From contig CATNEN010000003.1 in the NCBI GenBank assembly GCA_950097015.1, positions 9,672,001-9,736,000 of the forward strand: 64,000 nucleotides of DNA, written 5' to 3'. The position numbers were made by a program, and so were the translations under genes. The first letter of the stretch is position 1; each line of letters opens with the position of its first letter. Positions 35,801 to 49,350 of this stretch are shown here, piece after piece. The notes beneath the pieces are model-generated. The model did no database searches. It was not told the DNA's origin and saw only the letters and a program-made list of their open reading frames with translations. Origin of the DNA: Macrostomum hystrix (Eukaryota > Animalia > Platyhelminthes).

Positions 35801-38800
35801 AGTCTGTCTACTAGGATAGGAAACTACTGGGAATTATATAGTTTTTCGATTCGGCGATTTTTAGCTTCTAGAAGATCATCTGATCACTGGAGGAATCATT
35901 TTCTGCTTGGTGGGGGTCATAATTTGCTATTTTTTTTAGTTTCCTTATATTTAGAATACTAATTTGTTAACAAAAACAGGGTAAATTCGACAATCAACAG
36001 GAGAATTTGACTACTAAAGATACTGGAGATAACTGTTATTGTATACTTTATCTTGCAAAAGCTTTGATTAATATGATCATAAGACTTATAGTCACATGAC
36101 TTTTTAAACGTCGAAGTCAATTTTTTTAATTAGTATGTTTTTATAGAATCTGGATTCAAACGAATCTTTAATTTTTACGAATCTGAATTTTAACGAGTCT
36201 GGATTTTAACGAATCTGGATTTTAACGAGTCTAGGTTATAACGAATCTAGATTTTAACGAATCTGGGTTTAAACGAATCTGGATTTTAACGAATCTGGAT
36301 TTTATCTAATCTGAATTTAACGAATCTGGATTTTAACGAATCTGGATTTTAACGAGTCTAGGTTATAACGAATCTGGATTTTAACGAGTCTAGGTTATAA
36401 CGAATCTAGATTTTAACGAATCTGGGTTTAAACGAATCTGGATTTTAACGAATCTGGATTTTATCTAATCTGGATTTTAACGAATCTGGATTTTAACGAA
36501 TCTGGATTTCAGCGAATCTGGATTTTATCGAATCTGGATTTTAACGAATCTGGATTTTAATGAATCTGGGTTTTAACGAATCTGGATTTTAACGAAGCTG
36601 GATTTTAACGAGTCTAGGTTATAACGAATCTAGATTTTAACGAATCTGGATTTTAAACAATCTGGATTTTAACGAATCTGGATTTTAACAAATCTGGATT
36701 TTAACAAATCTGAATTTTAACGAATCTGGATTTTAGCGAATCTGAACTTTTTAACAGAAATTTGTTTTAACACTTTTTTTTAATAAAAAACGTTGATGTT
36801 GTAGACTTGTTGTATTAATTAGATTCTTACTCACCTGCACACCCGCACAGAATCGCCAAGATCAGCGAACAGACGGCCAGAAAACGCCTACAAGAATTCG
36901 CTAAAACTCCCAGTTCGACCCTCACTATTGAAGAATTTCTCAGCGTCGACTATGAAGGCGAGCACGATCCGCCGGCGTTTTTGGAGGGCCTGCGACGGGC
37001 CGGCACCGACAAAGACGAGGCCGATTTGGACAGGATGTGCAAGGAGGTTGGGGAACTCGAGGCCCTGATCGATAGGGAAATGGAGAAACTGCAGGTGAGT
37101 TCGCTTGGCCAATTGGTCTTAAATTTTTTTAGTTTTGCTGATCAGTACCTTAAGGTTTTGGTAGTTGAGTAGATTAGGGTATAGAGTCGGTTGTTAGAAC
37201 AGGATGTCGGGTAGGCTAGCAGATAAGGATGTAGGGTAGGTTAGTAGATAAGGATTTAGATTAGGTTTGTAGATTGGGGTTAAGGGTAGGTTAGTAGATA
37301 AGGATGTGGATTGGATTTGTAGATTGGGGGGGTTAAGGGTAGGTTGGTATATAAGGATGTAGAGTAGGTTAGTAGACTAGGGTGTAGGGTAGGTTAGTAG
37401 ACTAGGGTGTAGGGTAGGTTAGTAGATTAGGATTTAGGGCAGTTTTATTAGCATGATTATTTCAGTTCATAAAAGTACATCAAAACTTACCAAAGTTACG
37501 ATCGCAATTTTATTAGCTAGAGGCAATAATATGATATGGGTTTTGTCCTGTTCTGAAGTAGACAATCAAAAAAGTCAAACTCTTTTGAGCCGTTTAAGAT
37601 AAAAAGATAATTATTTTTTCGCAGGAGTCCGTGGGCACTGATATATTACTACTCACACGGGTGTACACGTCTGCCCTGACTTTCTCATCGTCAGCCAGTG
37701 TACACTGTCATCGCTGTGCCTAGCCGCCGATTCGAGCCGCTTTTGTAGTAAATAATCTATCATGTATTGTAATAATATGATTGTCTAGGAGCGAAGAGTC
37801 CGCGGCATCGTCTCCGGTCTGTTCAACGCCGCGGCCGCCGCCACCGGCGGTTCGGCCACTTCAGCGGCGTCGACTTCAGCTGCAGCCGCGGCTGCGTCCG
37901 CGTCGTCGAAATCCGGCGCTGTCGACATGGCCGGCGCTACCAACAAGTCAGACGCTGCCGCGCAATTCCTATTAAACTGCGACGATGCCGAAGTTAACCT
38001 AAGCGCTCGCCACGTGCTCAAAGACGCCCTTGAAGGCGTGGTTGACGCTGAAGAATTAGAATGCTGCGTTGACGATCTGCATCAGGCGGTTGCTGCGGCG
38101 CCTAGTCAGGAGCCGCCTCAGGCTCAGCTGGAAGCCACTCAGAGTCACGGAGTTGATCACATGATGGCCGCCGTTGGTATCGATATGAAGCCAACATTGA
38201 ATTCCTCAGCTAGTGCTAGCAGCTGGCCATTGGATGTTAAGGTTTGTACTTTTAATTTCCATGAAATCCGAAATATTCATCGATATAAGACCCCTTTCTA
38301 TAATGTGCTGATTCTTAATCGCTATAATTTGAATTTAAGTACACAATATTACTGTAATCAGTTTGTTGGCATAATGTATCTATCAAAAAATCCGTTTATT
38401 AGTTTAAGCATATTCTTATTAGAGATTAAAGATTAGAGATAATCTTTCCAATAGAATCATCTGTTTGCTCATGTAATCCATTTAATAAGACAGTTGGTTC
38501 AATACATCATTTTATTGTGTGTGTTTATGATTACTGACTTTAGTTTCGCATCCCCAAGATTAAGAGAGATAATCCGTTACATGAAAAATCCCCACGTCGT
38601 TTCCTCTCGAACTATAATCCAGCCAAATGCGTCCTCTGCCAGCCACGAGAATGAATCTGAAACAGGCGAACTGAGCCTTGAAGGCATCGACGATGACGAG
38701 CTGGAGCGCGAGTATCTGCTCAGCCGTCGCGAGGTGCTCATTAAGGCCCGCGACTGGTATCGCCGGAATGCCGACTGGCTGCGCGAGTCCGAGAAGCGGC

Positions 38801-39966
38801 GCGCCAGAAACGCCGCCGCAGCAGCCGCCGCCGCATCGGCAGCCGATATCGACGCTGACGATGACGCCGCTTTGGCCGCAGTCGCAGCCGCAGCTGCCAC
38901 TCCGAGGAGGCGAGCGAAGCGTACAGCTCACGTCAGCGGCATCCACACGACTGAGCAGGCTATTGAAGTGGCTATCAGGTTAGCTGTGTTCTAAAAATAG
39001 AAACTGGCTCCCGCGAACACGGGAATTCCCAAGGCCGGGGGTTTCCTTAGATAGTACATTAGGTTTGAGAGAGGCAAAAAATGGACATATTTGTCACAAG
39101 AACCACTTGCAAAAGATGGACGGGACACTTCGTTTCTTGGAAAATTTATGAAATGAAGATTTCATGAAAAATGCACTAGTAGGATACGAACTTTTCTTTT
39201 TCACAATAAAATGTGGATAAATTTTTAAGCAGATCCAAGCAGATATATGAATATCAATTATTAATAAATAAAGCCTCTTAAAATTCGTTGACACAACATG
39301 TTTTGAAAGTTCTATTAAATGAGCAGCATTATATCTGCTTCCAATTAAAAGTTATCAAGAATTTTATGTAAAACAATTTTTCGATGAAGATCTGCCTTTA
39401 ATAAAATTTCCGAGAAACGAAGTGTCCCGTCCTTCTTCTAGTGGTCCTTGATTTACGGCCGAAGAAAACGGACTTATGGCCCCTACGAAAGGGACGAAAA
39501 ACGGATTTTTTCCCCCGCTGAGCTAAAAATAGCATCAGATTCGTGAATGTTTAATTACACAGCCGCATGACTAGAAAGTTGTTGTGTCACTTGGGTTAAG
39601 ACTCGAACTGCCGACCTCTCGGTCAGAATTCCCCTGAAACTCCGAGCTCTGTTTGTTTTTTTTAAAGTACTTCTTTCGAATTTCATTACTGTTTTTCAGA
39701 TCCAAGCGGGCCCTATCTTCAAAGATCAATTACGAAGCGTTGAAACTGCTGTCCGAACCGTTGATGAAGCAGCAGCCGTCGGATGAGGCTGCAGCTAGTG
39801 GGCCCGCTGCTGCTAGCTCCGGATCGAATCCGATCGCCAAAACTGAACCTTCAACCAATAATTCTACAGAGTCAACATCGTCTGCATCGGCACAGCCTCT
39901 GCCAGCTGTTTTGTCTGTCTTTATAAAATCGCCGCCGTTAGACGAGCCATCGGGATCGGCGACATC

Positions 39967-40055
<89 letters not shown>

Positions 40056-40327
40056 CCCATTCCCGGCCTCTATTATCTGCCCTATCCTCTAGTGTTTCAG
40101 TCGACATTGACATTGACAATGCCGACGATTCAACAACACCTTTGGTTCAATCGGCCAGTGGTCCAACTGTTCGATTTAGCCACGAAGAATACCTCCCAGA
40201 CGATGATGATGACGACGAAGAGGAATATGAGGATCCTTCTAGCAGTGTGCTGCAATTACTAAAACGCGAAGGCGCCGGTCAGTATGGTGCAGGATTTGAA
40301 GAATACGAAGATGAGGAAGATTATTAA
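32804..40327 (+). CDS. BRF1: Transcription factor IIIB 90 kDa subunit (TFIIB-related factor 1)
   Basis: Exons 32804-32974, 34117-34434, 35266-35546, 36851-37094, 37789-38241, 38623-38978 and 39700-40327, all phase-consistent. Zn ribbon CRHC..CMNC; cyclin folds ([38 protein letters not shown]); [16 protein letters not shown]; GIDDDELE..W...NADWL; SSKINYEAL. Confidence 0.95.
33100..34010. repeat. TCCTC/TCCTG pentamer microsatellite (BRF1 intron 1)
   Basis: Near-pure polypyrimidine tract. Confidence 0.95.
34515..35056. repeat. Minisatellite, 31-bp unit CCTGGTCACCTCTCCCCTGCCTCATCTCACT (BRF1 intron 2)
   Basis: Tandem array. Confidence 0.95.
36145..36750. repeat. Minisatellite, 16-bp unit GAATCTGGATTTTAAC (BRF1 intron 3)
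   Basis: Tandem array. Confidence 0.93.
37170..37440. repeat. Degenerate ~25-bp minisatellite GTAGGGTAGGTTAGTAGA(C/T)TAGG (BRF1 intron 4)
   Basis: Diverged tandem copies. Confidence 0.8.
39097..39450. mobile_element. MITE with CAAG-start TIRs (BRF1 intron 6)
   Basis: CAAGAACCACT..GGACGGGACACTTCGTTTCT is inverted at 39405-39450; TSD is degenerate. Confidence 0.7.
39968..40053 (+). repeat. Coding (CAG)n polyglutamine tract in the last BRF1 exon
   Basis: About 28 CAG codons with a single CAC interruption. Confidence 0.95.
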
Positions 40328-43200
40328 TATTTATTTGATTTGTGTTGAAACTTGCTAATTCGGTAAAACTAACCATAGGATTAATAGATTTTGCGAAGAT
40401 TTTTAGGAAATTCAAAGACGGACGTTTTTTCTGCCTTTGTGTCTTTCGCTTTCTCGCTATGTATTTATTTGTGTATAATAAGAGCATAAAGTAATATTAC
40501 TACTATTTACTTACAGTAGTCTGTCACAATACGCAAGTTTCAGTTGTAATATACATAATGTTTGTTGCATTGAGTTGTTATCATTTTGACTTTAATATGC
40601 GTGCAATCATTAAATTGCACTTGAATACAAAATTATGCAGTCTTTTGTAAAAAGTCGAAAACTCTTGTATTTGTTTATTAGCATACATAATTACGTATAG
40701 CACAATTTTAGCTAAGTTTTGAACATAGCATTTTTAATGTATATCGTAACGTTCTGTGTTTTAATCTATCCTAGAATTAAGTTGCTTTTAAACTTTGCTG
40801 CAAGCAAATAAAAGTATTCGCTGTGTAATTTAGAAAATAGTCCTTTCCTTTCCTCTATTCCTCGCGCTTCTTTATCTTTCTGTCTAACTTTTTGCTTGCT
40901 GTAACATTCTAATGGGATATACTTCTCAAAAAGTTATAAATCTTGATAAAAAACATTTTAATGAAAAATAATTTTAATTTAATAAGAATCATTCTATAGG
41001 ATTCGTTTTTTCACAGAAATATGTTATTGACAGCACAAAAACTGTATTTTCGTTTAGATACAATTCTTTTGAAACAATCAATTCGAGCATTTAGACAGCT
41101 CGCACACAAATGAAATCCTTATAAAAAATTCCTTAAATTTACTGTACATCTTAGGATTCAGTCGAAAATGGACAGACGAATTCAATAGGACTGTAAGCAT
41201 GATAATATCCGCTGAACATGTACAGTGAGCCAAAAGTCAATTCTGTCAATCAGAAAATGCTGATTAATTCGTCTTAAGAGTTAGTAAACAGTAAAGAACT
41301 TGACTTGTATTAAATAAAGGGGCTTTTATATCGACATATGTTTCATTCAACTTAATGCGTTCTAGAGTTACACATTTGTTACACATTTGTTTTTTTACGC
41401 ATTTTTGCCTCATTTTTAAATTAATTATGACCTGTCATTCTAAGAAATGCGAGAATACTATAATAAATGTTCTTTTGAATTGTGCAATTGAAGCTTACGC
41501 CGTTAGGCCTACTAACAACTACAATCTACATATAGTAAAAATTATATCTAAGAAAATAAATAATATTCAAATTGAGTAGCATTACTATTTAAAAACGAGC
41601 TGTAACACAGTATTTTAAATTACTTGCTAACAGTGCAGTAGCTAGTAGCTTCTAAGCTGCTAAATGACACAATCGCCATATGCCAATGCCAATATACAAC
41701 ACGCAAACTATAGTGTGGCAGTGTCACTTTTTGCTTTTTTTTAATAAACTCCTAATGTCACATTCAGGATTTCACTTCATTTCATTTTGCCAGATTTCGG
41801 TAGTTTTCAGTGAGAAATAGTGAGGAATTATAAGAAATTAAAATTTCTTATAATTTACTTTTACTTTTAATATCTTATAGCTAGTGCTGAGTGCTTTAAC
41901 AAAACTAAGCCAAGCTAGTTCTTAGAGGTGGTTAGAAAATTATACTTTCAAATAAAATATTCTTAAGGTTGTGATTTTTTGTCTGTCAGAATCTATTATT
42001 AAGTTATCAGTTATCAGAATTGTCACTTATTTTGGAAGAGAAGCACATAAGTAATAAGTAGTTAGATATTGTATAATTAGACTTATATTGCATTTAAAAC
42101 TAATAAGCTCACTGAAAAATTACAAGTTATATAACTAGGGCCTAGCTATATTTCTGCCATAGTCCAGAATCCAGATCATGGTATGTTGTATGCTAAACTA
42201 AAATTTTCAAACTTTTTTCAATATGCCAATTATATCCATCAAATGCCACTAAGCAAAAGAAAGATTCTAAATAAAAAATAAAATGAACAAAATCAAATTT
42301 AAATTAAACTAGAAACAAAAACATTTTTTAAAAATATGTGTAATAGGCCTAAATATTAGACATTTATTTAGACAATTAAATGTAGCATATATTTTGTTTT
42401 ACCCAATTGTGCCTAAAAAGTGCCTGTGAACTTATTTTAAAAGAAGAAATAAAAAAGTATTTTATTAAACAATTAAATAAAACATTTTTTAAATATTTTT
42501 ATTTACTATGCCTATATATTTCTTTGTTTGTAGAAATCTAACTGAAACTGATTGCATGCATGTAATACTATTAACAACCAATAAAATGATTCTTTGTTGT
42601 ATACCAATGTATACCAAGGGGTTTGCAAAGGTGATTGTTTGGCATATAGGCCATGATCTAGACTCTAATGTGTCTAACTTATATATATTTTTATACTGAT
42701 TTCAGATGACCTGAAAAAGCTAAAGAAATAGAAAATAGTTTATATTTTTTTATTTCAAAAGCTAAGCTAAGTTGTCAAGTCAAAAAATATTTAAAATGAC
42801 CATTGAGAAGTATTTAAATGTCCTAAAGTATTATTATTGGTTTTAGAATGTCATGTTTTAGTTTTTTTAACAAAAATATGAGCAAATAATTTGTTTAGCT
42901 AATATATATTTGTTTTATAGACAACCATAATAATAGTTAGTGATTGTAAGACTAAGGGCCAGCAATAATAACAGAAAAAAGTTTCATAGCAGCATTATCC
43001 ACAAATTACAAAATTACAGATTTTTTTTAAATCACTGTTTACAAGTTATACCTCCTTTACTACAGTAAGATACTATATCTCAATACATGACAGAAGTAAG
43101 AACTAAACTACAATTTCGAAAAATCTTGAAATTGCCAATTCAAAGTAGGGAATAATTCATTTGATGATGTGTGCCATGTTATAACTCCTTAAATCTATGG

Positions 43201-43480
43201 CATACATGTGCAACACCCGGCCAACCCAGCCGAACCGGCCGGGTGAAACGAGGGCCAAGCAAGGTAAGTCGCAAAAACCAATCAACCAAGAGCAAAAAAA
43301 TCAAAGGGGGGACCAAGGGACAAAAAAGGAAGGCGTGAAGAAAAGGAAAAAAGGAGAGAAAAAGAGAGCAAATGAGAGCAAACTAAGTCATAAATAGAGC
43401 AATGAAACGAACTAAGTCACAAATGAGAGCAAAAACTAAGGCGCACGGCCGGCTAAGATTTGGGAGGTTGCGCATTTATG
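43201..43480 (+). mobile_element. hAT-like MITE copy 1
   Basis: TIR CATACATGTGCAAC...GTTGCGCATTTATG; perfect 8-bp TSD ATCTATGG. Confidence 0.9.
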
Positions 43481-43822
43481 ATCTATGGTACTAATGTATT
43501 TTGCTTACTGCTTGTGGGCACTCTGAAACAGCCACTGAAAAAGACTCCTTTTGAGATGCATAGCAAGCTGAAACCTTTGTTGCCAAGCATGTCCAGAATT
43601 TCTCCCCAATTTATGGATTCATGGATGAAAGCTCTATTATGGCATAGCACTGCCCGGCCTACAACCTCTGGTGCATGAGGTTGAATGGTGCTGAAACTTT
43701 GACGCTTTGACAGTATACCATATGATTCATGCCAACTGTGACTATCTTAAGCAGGAAGAGTGATTGGTTCTTGTGCACAAAATGCCTAGGCAGGCATCAA
43801 CAATACACATACTCACTTGGAA

Positions 43823-44053
43823 CATACATGTGCAACCTCCCAAATCTTAGCCGGCTGTGCAACTTAGTTTTTGCTCTATTTATGACTTAGTTTGCTTTCT
43901 TTTTCTCTCCCCTTTTTCCTCTTCTTCACGCCTTCCTTTTTGTCCCTTGGTCCCCCCTTTGATTTTTTTGCGCTTGGTTGATTGGTTTTTGCGACTTACC
44001 TTGCTTGGCCCTCGTTTCACCCAGCAGGTTCGGCCGGGTGTTGCGCATGTATG
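43823..44053 (-). mobile_element. hAT-like MITE copy 2 (inverted relative to copy 1)
   Basis: Reverse complement of copy 1 with a shorter interior; flanks ACTTGGAA and ACTTAAAA (6/8 TSD match). Confidence 0.85.
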
Positions 44054-44823
44054 ACTTAAAAGAATTGTATCCAACTGAAAGGTGACTATGTTAAAAAGGT
44101 CTCTGTTGCCACTGAAGAAGAAAGAAGATATTTCAATTTTTTTGAAAGACAACTAACCTATTGTTTCCTGGTTTCTGTTTCTCTATATGCAGCATCCAAA
44201 TTTCTGGTTATGTATTGAGAGCACAACCCTACTGCAGTCAAGGAGGCATAACTTTTAACAGTTTGTGATATTTTGAAATTATCTCACCAGGTGTAGTTTG
44301 TTAGTAAAGCTTCTAAAGCAAATTAGTTGATGTTACTATTGCTGGCTGTTAAAAAGTTATGTAAAAAAGTCCCTAAGACTTTTTGGTCACCCCAAGTAAT
44401 TATTTTGTGTTTAGAAATATTAAGAAAAATCACACAACATAGTAAGCAAAATAATAATTTGGGATCAAAAGCAAACTTGCTATTGGGAACATTTTCTATT
44501 TTAAGGTAAGGGACAGTTTAAGTTATAATAAATAGAATAACAAAGTGATATCATTCTAAGAAACTTTTGTTTAAAATGTGCTTTTGTAGCATTTTTAATA
44601 ATAAATATCTTCATATAAAAATTAAAATGCAGTCTTTGCAGAAAGTTGCTGTTGTTTTGAGGCACTATAATGTTGCATTTGGTTCTGCAAAAAAGTTGTT
44701 AAGTTTTTTATAATAAAACTTTATTTCAGATAAATAAAAGGCTTTGCATCAGTCAAAAAACTAGTCTCCCAAAACAAGCTTCAAAAGGCGAGCTGCTAAA
44801 TTTGTTAAGATTAGTGAACAAAA

Positions 44824-47800
44824 ATGTTAGACGATCTAAAAAATGAGCAAGCTAGCAAGCCACCATCGGCTATCTCCACATTTTTGCGTGGTATTTCAAT
44901 TCGCTATCAGGCCATGCTGGACCGCTTTACCCCATTTACCACTGGTCGTTGGGTGGCATTTGTTGTGTTTTTTCTACTGTTTGTGCTCAGAATTATATTT
45001 GTTCAGGTAAGCAATTTAACCATGATTTTTATGATCACTGTATTGATCAATATGATCATTTGTCACTTATTTGTTTGCAATAAGTAATGTGAGTAGACTC
45101 AGCTTACTGTTGGAGTGTGAACTCAACTTAGTACTCATTTGAGTAGACTCAGCGTAGTGTTTATGGGAGAGGACTCAACTTAGTACTCATTTAAGTACAC
45201 TCAACTTAGTACTCATTTGAGTAGACTAAATTTAGTACTCCTGAGTAGACTCAATTTAGTACTCATGTGAGTAGACTCAGCTTAGTGTTAATGGGAATGG
45301 ACTCAACTTAGTGCTCATGAGAGTAGACCCAACTCAATGTTAAAAGGAGTAGACTCAACTCAATGTTAATGAGAGTAGACCCTACTCAATGTATGAGAGT
45401 AGACTCAACTCAATGTTCATGAGAGTAGACTCAACTCAATGTTCATGAGAGTAGACTCAACTCAATGTTCATGAGAGTAGACTCAACTCAATGTTAATGA
45501 GAGTAGACCCTACTCAATGTTCATGAGAGTAGACTCAACTCAATGTTCATGAGAGTAGACTCAACTCAATGTTCATGAGAGTAGACTCAACTCAATGTTC
45601 ATGAGAGTAGACTCAACTCAATGTTCATGAGAGTAGACTCAACTCAATGTTCATGAGAGTAGACTCAACTCAATGTTCATGAGAGTAGACTCAACTCAAT
45701 GTTAATGAGAGTAGACCCTACTCAATGTTCATGAGAGTAGACTCAACTCAATGTTCATGAGAGTAGACTCAACTCAATGTTCATGAGAGTAGACTCAACT
45801 CAATGTTCATGAGAGTAGACTCAACTCAATGTTCATGAGAGTAGACTCAACTCAATGTTCATGAGAGTAGACTCAACTCAATGTTCATGAGAGTAGACTC
45901 AACTCAATGTTCATGAGAGTAGACTCAACTCAATGTTCATGAGAGTAGACTCAACTCAATGTTCATGAGAGTAGACTCAACTCAATGTTCATGAGAGTAG
46001 ACTCAACTCAATGTTCATGAGAGTAGACTCAACTCAATGTTCATGAGAGTAGACTCAACTCAATGTTCATGAGAGTAGACTCAACTCAATGTTAATGAGA
46101 GTAGACCCTACTCAATGTTCATGAGAGTAGACTCAACTCAATGTTCATGAGAGTAGACTCAACTCAATGTTAAAGAGAGTAGACCCTACTCAATGTTCAT
46201 GAGAGTAGACCCTACTCAATGTTCATGAGAGTAGACTCAACTCAATGTTAATGAGAGTAGACCCTACTCAATGTTCATGAGAGTAGACTCAACTCAATGT
46301 TCGTGAGAGTAGACTCAACTCAATGTTCATGAGAGTAGACCCTACTCAATGTTCATGAGAGTAGACTCAACTCAATGTTAATGAGAGTAGACCCTACTCA
46401 ATGTTCATGAGAGTAGACTCAACTCAATGTTCGTGAGAGTAGACTCAACTCAATGTTCATGAGAGTAGACCCTACTCAATGTTCATGAGAGTAGACTCAA
46501 CTCAATGTTAATGAGAGTAGACCCTACTCAATGTTCATGAGAGTAGACTCAACTCAATGTTCATGAGAGTAGACTCAACTCAATGTTCATGAGAGTAGAC
46601 TCAACTCAATGTTCATGAGAGTAGACTCTACTCAATGTTAATGAGAGTAGATCCTACTCAATGTTCATGAGAGTAGACTCAACTCAATGTTAATGAGAGT
46701 AGATCCTACTCAATGTTCATGAGAGTAGACTCAACTCAATGTTCGTGAGAGTAGACTCTACTCAATGTTCATGAGAGTAGACTCAACTCAATGTTCGTGA
46801 GAGTAGACTCTACTCAATGTTCATGAGAGTAGACTCAACTCAATGTTCATGAGAGTAGACTCAACTCAATGTTCATGAGAGTAGACTCAACTCAATGTTC
46901 ATGAGAGTAGACCCTACTCAATGTTCATGAGAGTAGACCCTACTCAATGTTGATGATAGTAGACTCAACTTATTTTTATCTAAGTAGTTAACTCGGTACT
47001 CGGTACTTACTTACTCGGTACTTATTAGGTAGACTCCATTAACTGCTCTTAATGCTCTTTACCTCACAACTCAAGCGGCCCAATAAACCATTTCTATCTC
47101 ACAGGGCTTCTATATAATAGCCTATGCTCTAGGCATCTACCTACTCAACCTGTTGATTGGCTTCCTGACACCAATGGACGCCGCCACCCTAGACGAGGAC
47201 GGGCCTAGCTTGCCGATGCGAGCTAGCGAAGAATTTCGACCGTTTATTAGGCGACTGCCGGAGTTTAAATTTTGGTGAGTTTATATTTTAACTCCGACAC
47301 TATTAAAAAATCAAACATTTCAACTATTTAAATTCGATTATAATTAATCTTTACTTATTTTTAATTTCACCAGGTACTCATCAACTAGAGCAACAGTGAT
47401 TTCTTTGCTCTGCACACTCGTACCAGCCTTTGACATACCCGTATTCTGGCCAATCCTTGTTATGTACTTCTTCCTGCTATTCACGCTGACTATGAAGCGG
47501 CAGATTAAGGTAAGGATTCAAACTATTATATAGAAATCTTTTCTAAGATTTTTTTCCGACATTTCGAAAATGCTGTCGCTTTCTGAAACCCTCCCAGTTA
47601 CCCAGGTAAAGCTTCCACTTTTACAAATGCTAATGTCAAGTTCCCCAATAGAAGCTGTCACTTCTCCCAGATCCCCAGGTGAAGCTGTCACTTCTCCAAG
47701 ATCCCCAGGTGAAGCTGTCACTTCTCCCAAATACCCAGGTGAAGCTGTCACTTCTCCCAAATACCCAGGTGAAGCTGTCACTTCTCCCAGATCCCCAGGT

Positions 47801-48406
47801 GAAGCTGTCACTTCTCCAAGATCCCCAGGTGAAGCTGTCACTTCTCCCAAATACCCAGGTGAAGCTGTCACTTCTCCCAGATCCCCAGGTGAAGCTGTCA
47901 CTTCTCCCAGATCCTCAGGTGAAGCTGTCACTTCTCCAAGATCCCCAGGTGAAGCTGTCACTTCTCCAAGATCCCCAGGTGAAGCTGTCACTTCTCCCAG
48001 ATCCCCAGGTGAAGCTGTCACTTCTCCCAGATCCCCAGGTGAAGCTGTCACTTCTCCCAGATCCCCAGGTGAAGCTGTCACTTCTCCCAGATCCTCAGAT
48101 ACGGCTGAAGTTTATCTCAGATCCCAAGGTACACTTGTCATATATCCGAGTTCTCCAGTTACAACTGTATTTTCTCCCAGATCCCTAAGTGAAGTTGCCC
48201 TAGTCCCAGATCCCAATTGCAAGCATTGACACTTCTAGATCCCCTGAGATGAAAGCAACAACCAACCAGTTGATTCCTAATCCCTTGACTCCACGCAGCA
48301 CATGATCAAGCATCGGTACATTCCGTTCACCTACGGTAAGCCGCAGCACAAAGGTCGCGAAGATTTAAGTCCAACGGCCGGACAGCACCACGCCGCAAAG
48401 TCGTGA
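44824..48406 (+). CDS. RER1: Protein RER1 (Golgi-to-ER retrieval receptor)
   Basis: Exons 44824-45006, 47105-47274, 47374-47509 and 48299-48406. Motifs: [91 protein letters not shown]. Confidence 0.97.
45085..46970. repeat. Minisatellite, 26-bp unit GAGAGTAGACTCAACTCAATGTTCAT (RER1 intron 1)
   Basis: Homogeneous core with degenerate flanks; fills most of the intron. Confidence 0.96.
47650..48100. repeat. Minisatellite, 30-bp unit GAAGCTGTCACTTCTCCCAGATCCCCAGGT (RER1 intron 3)
   Basis: About 15 copies; the unit contains acceptor-like and donor-like motifs. Confidence 0.95.
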
Positions 48407-49147
48407 TTTATTTGCACATTTATTTTGTGTAGAAATTGTATTAACTTCACATTGAGTCCGAGTAAAGCTGTTCGATCTTTGTTCTTCTTTAGGGCCATTT
48501 GTTATTATATTTAGCTTTAGTCTGTTGATTATATTTAGTAAATAAATAGATGATTTTGTTATATTCTGTGTCTCAGATTGTCCTTGTTGCTATTATAGTA
48601 ACTTATAAGTCTCCGATGTTTGTTACGCTCTGTTTTTTTGTAAGTTACTCTCTTTGATGCCGCGGTTTTCGTCGCTTTGAATATTAGAAATTAACCAAGA
48701 AATTAACATTGAGGGATTATTAATTTTTTAAATGATAGCCGTGTCAACTACAGAAAAATGTTATTAATGCCGCTATACTACTTCTACTCTTGCCGAGTAG
48801 TAAGTAATGTATGTTTTATTCGGAAATGTTTCGTGTGTTTAAGCCTGACAAATTCATATAAAGTTATAATTAGCTAGAATAATTTTTTGTTGCAACGTTT
48901 CACTAAAAACTGTAACAAATTGCCAAACACAGCAAACAAACCAATCTATTAACTCACTCACCATTTCTGCTGCTTAAATTGTTTGCAATCAACGGCACAA
49001 TGATTTTTTGCGTGTTTTATTTTCTCACTAATTGTTCTGACGATACTACTGTCCGATTATTTAATTAGTAGTCTTTTCTGCTTTTTTTCTTATTTAACTA
49101 TTATGTTATAATTATATAGAAATAGAAAGGGAATTGAGGCATGGACT

Positions 49148-49350
49148 GCTGTTCAGTCTACGGATTGGGGACACGCCACACTCAATCCTCAATTACCACT
49201 GCTGATTCTGGTACCCATTTAACAGCTCCGAGAACTGAAGCAAATCAGAGTTTAGTGTCTTGCTAAAGGACAGAAATTGTTCCAGTGTAAGTGGGAATCG
49301 AACCCGTGACCTTCAAGTCGTGAGTCCGATGCTTTAACCACTAGGCTACA
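49148..49350 (-). mobile_element. tRNA-derived SINE copy C
   Basis: Minus strand TAGCCTAGTGGTTAAAGC...GGTTCGATTCCC, with the same body as copies A and B. Confidence 0.85.

Noticed and set aside
38494-38622. BRF1 exon 6 starting at the AG at 38558
   Set aside because: Phase is incompatible with exon 5; the AG at 38622 fits.
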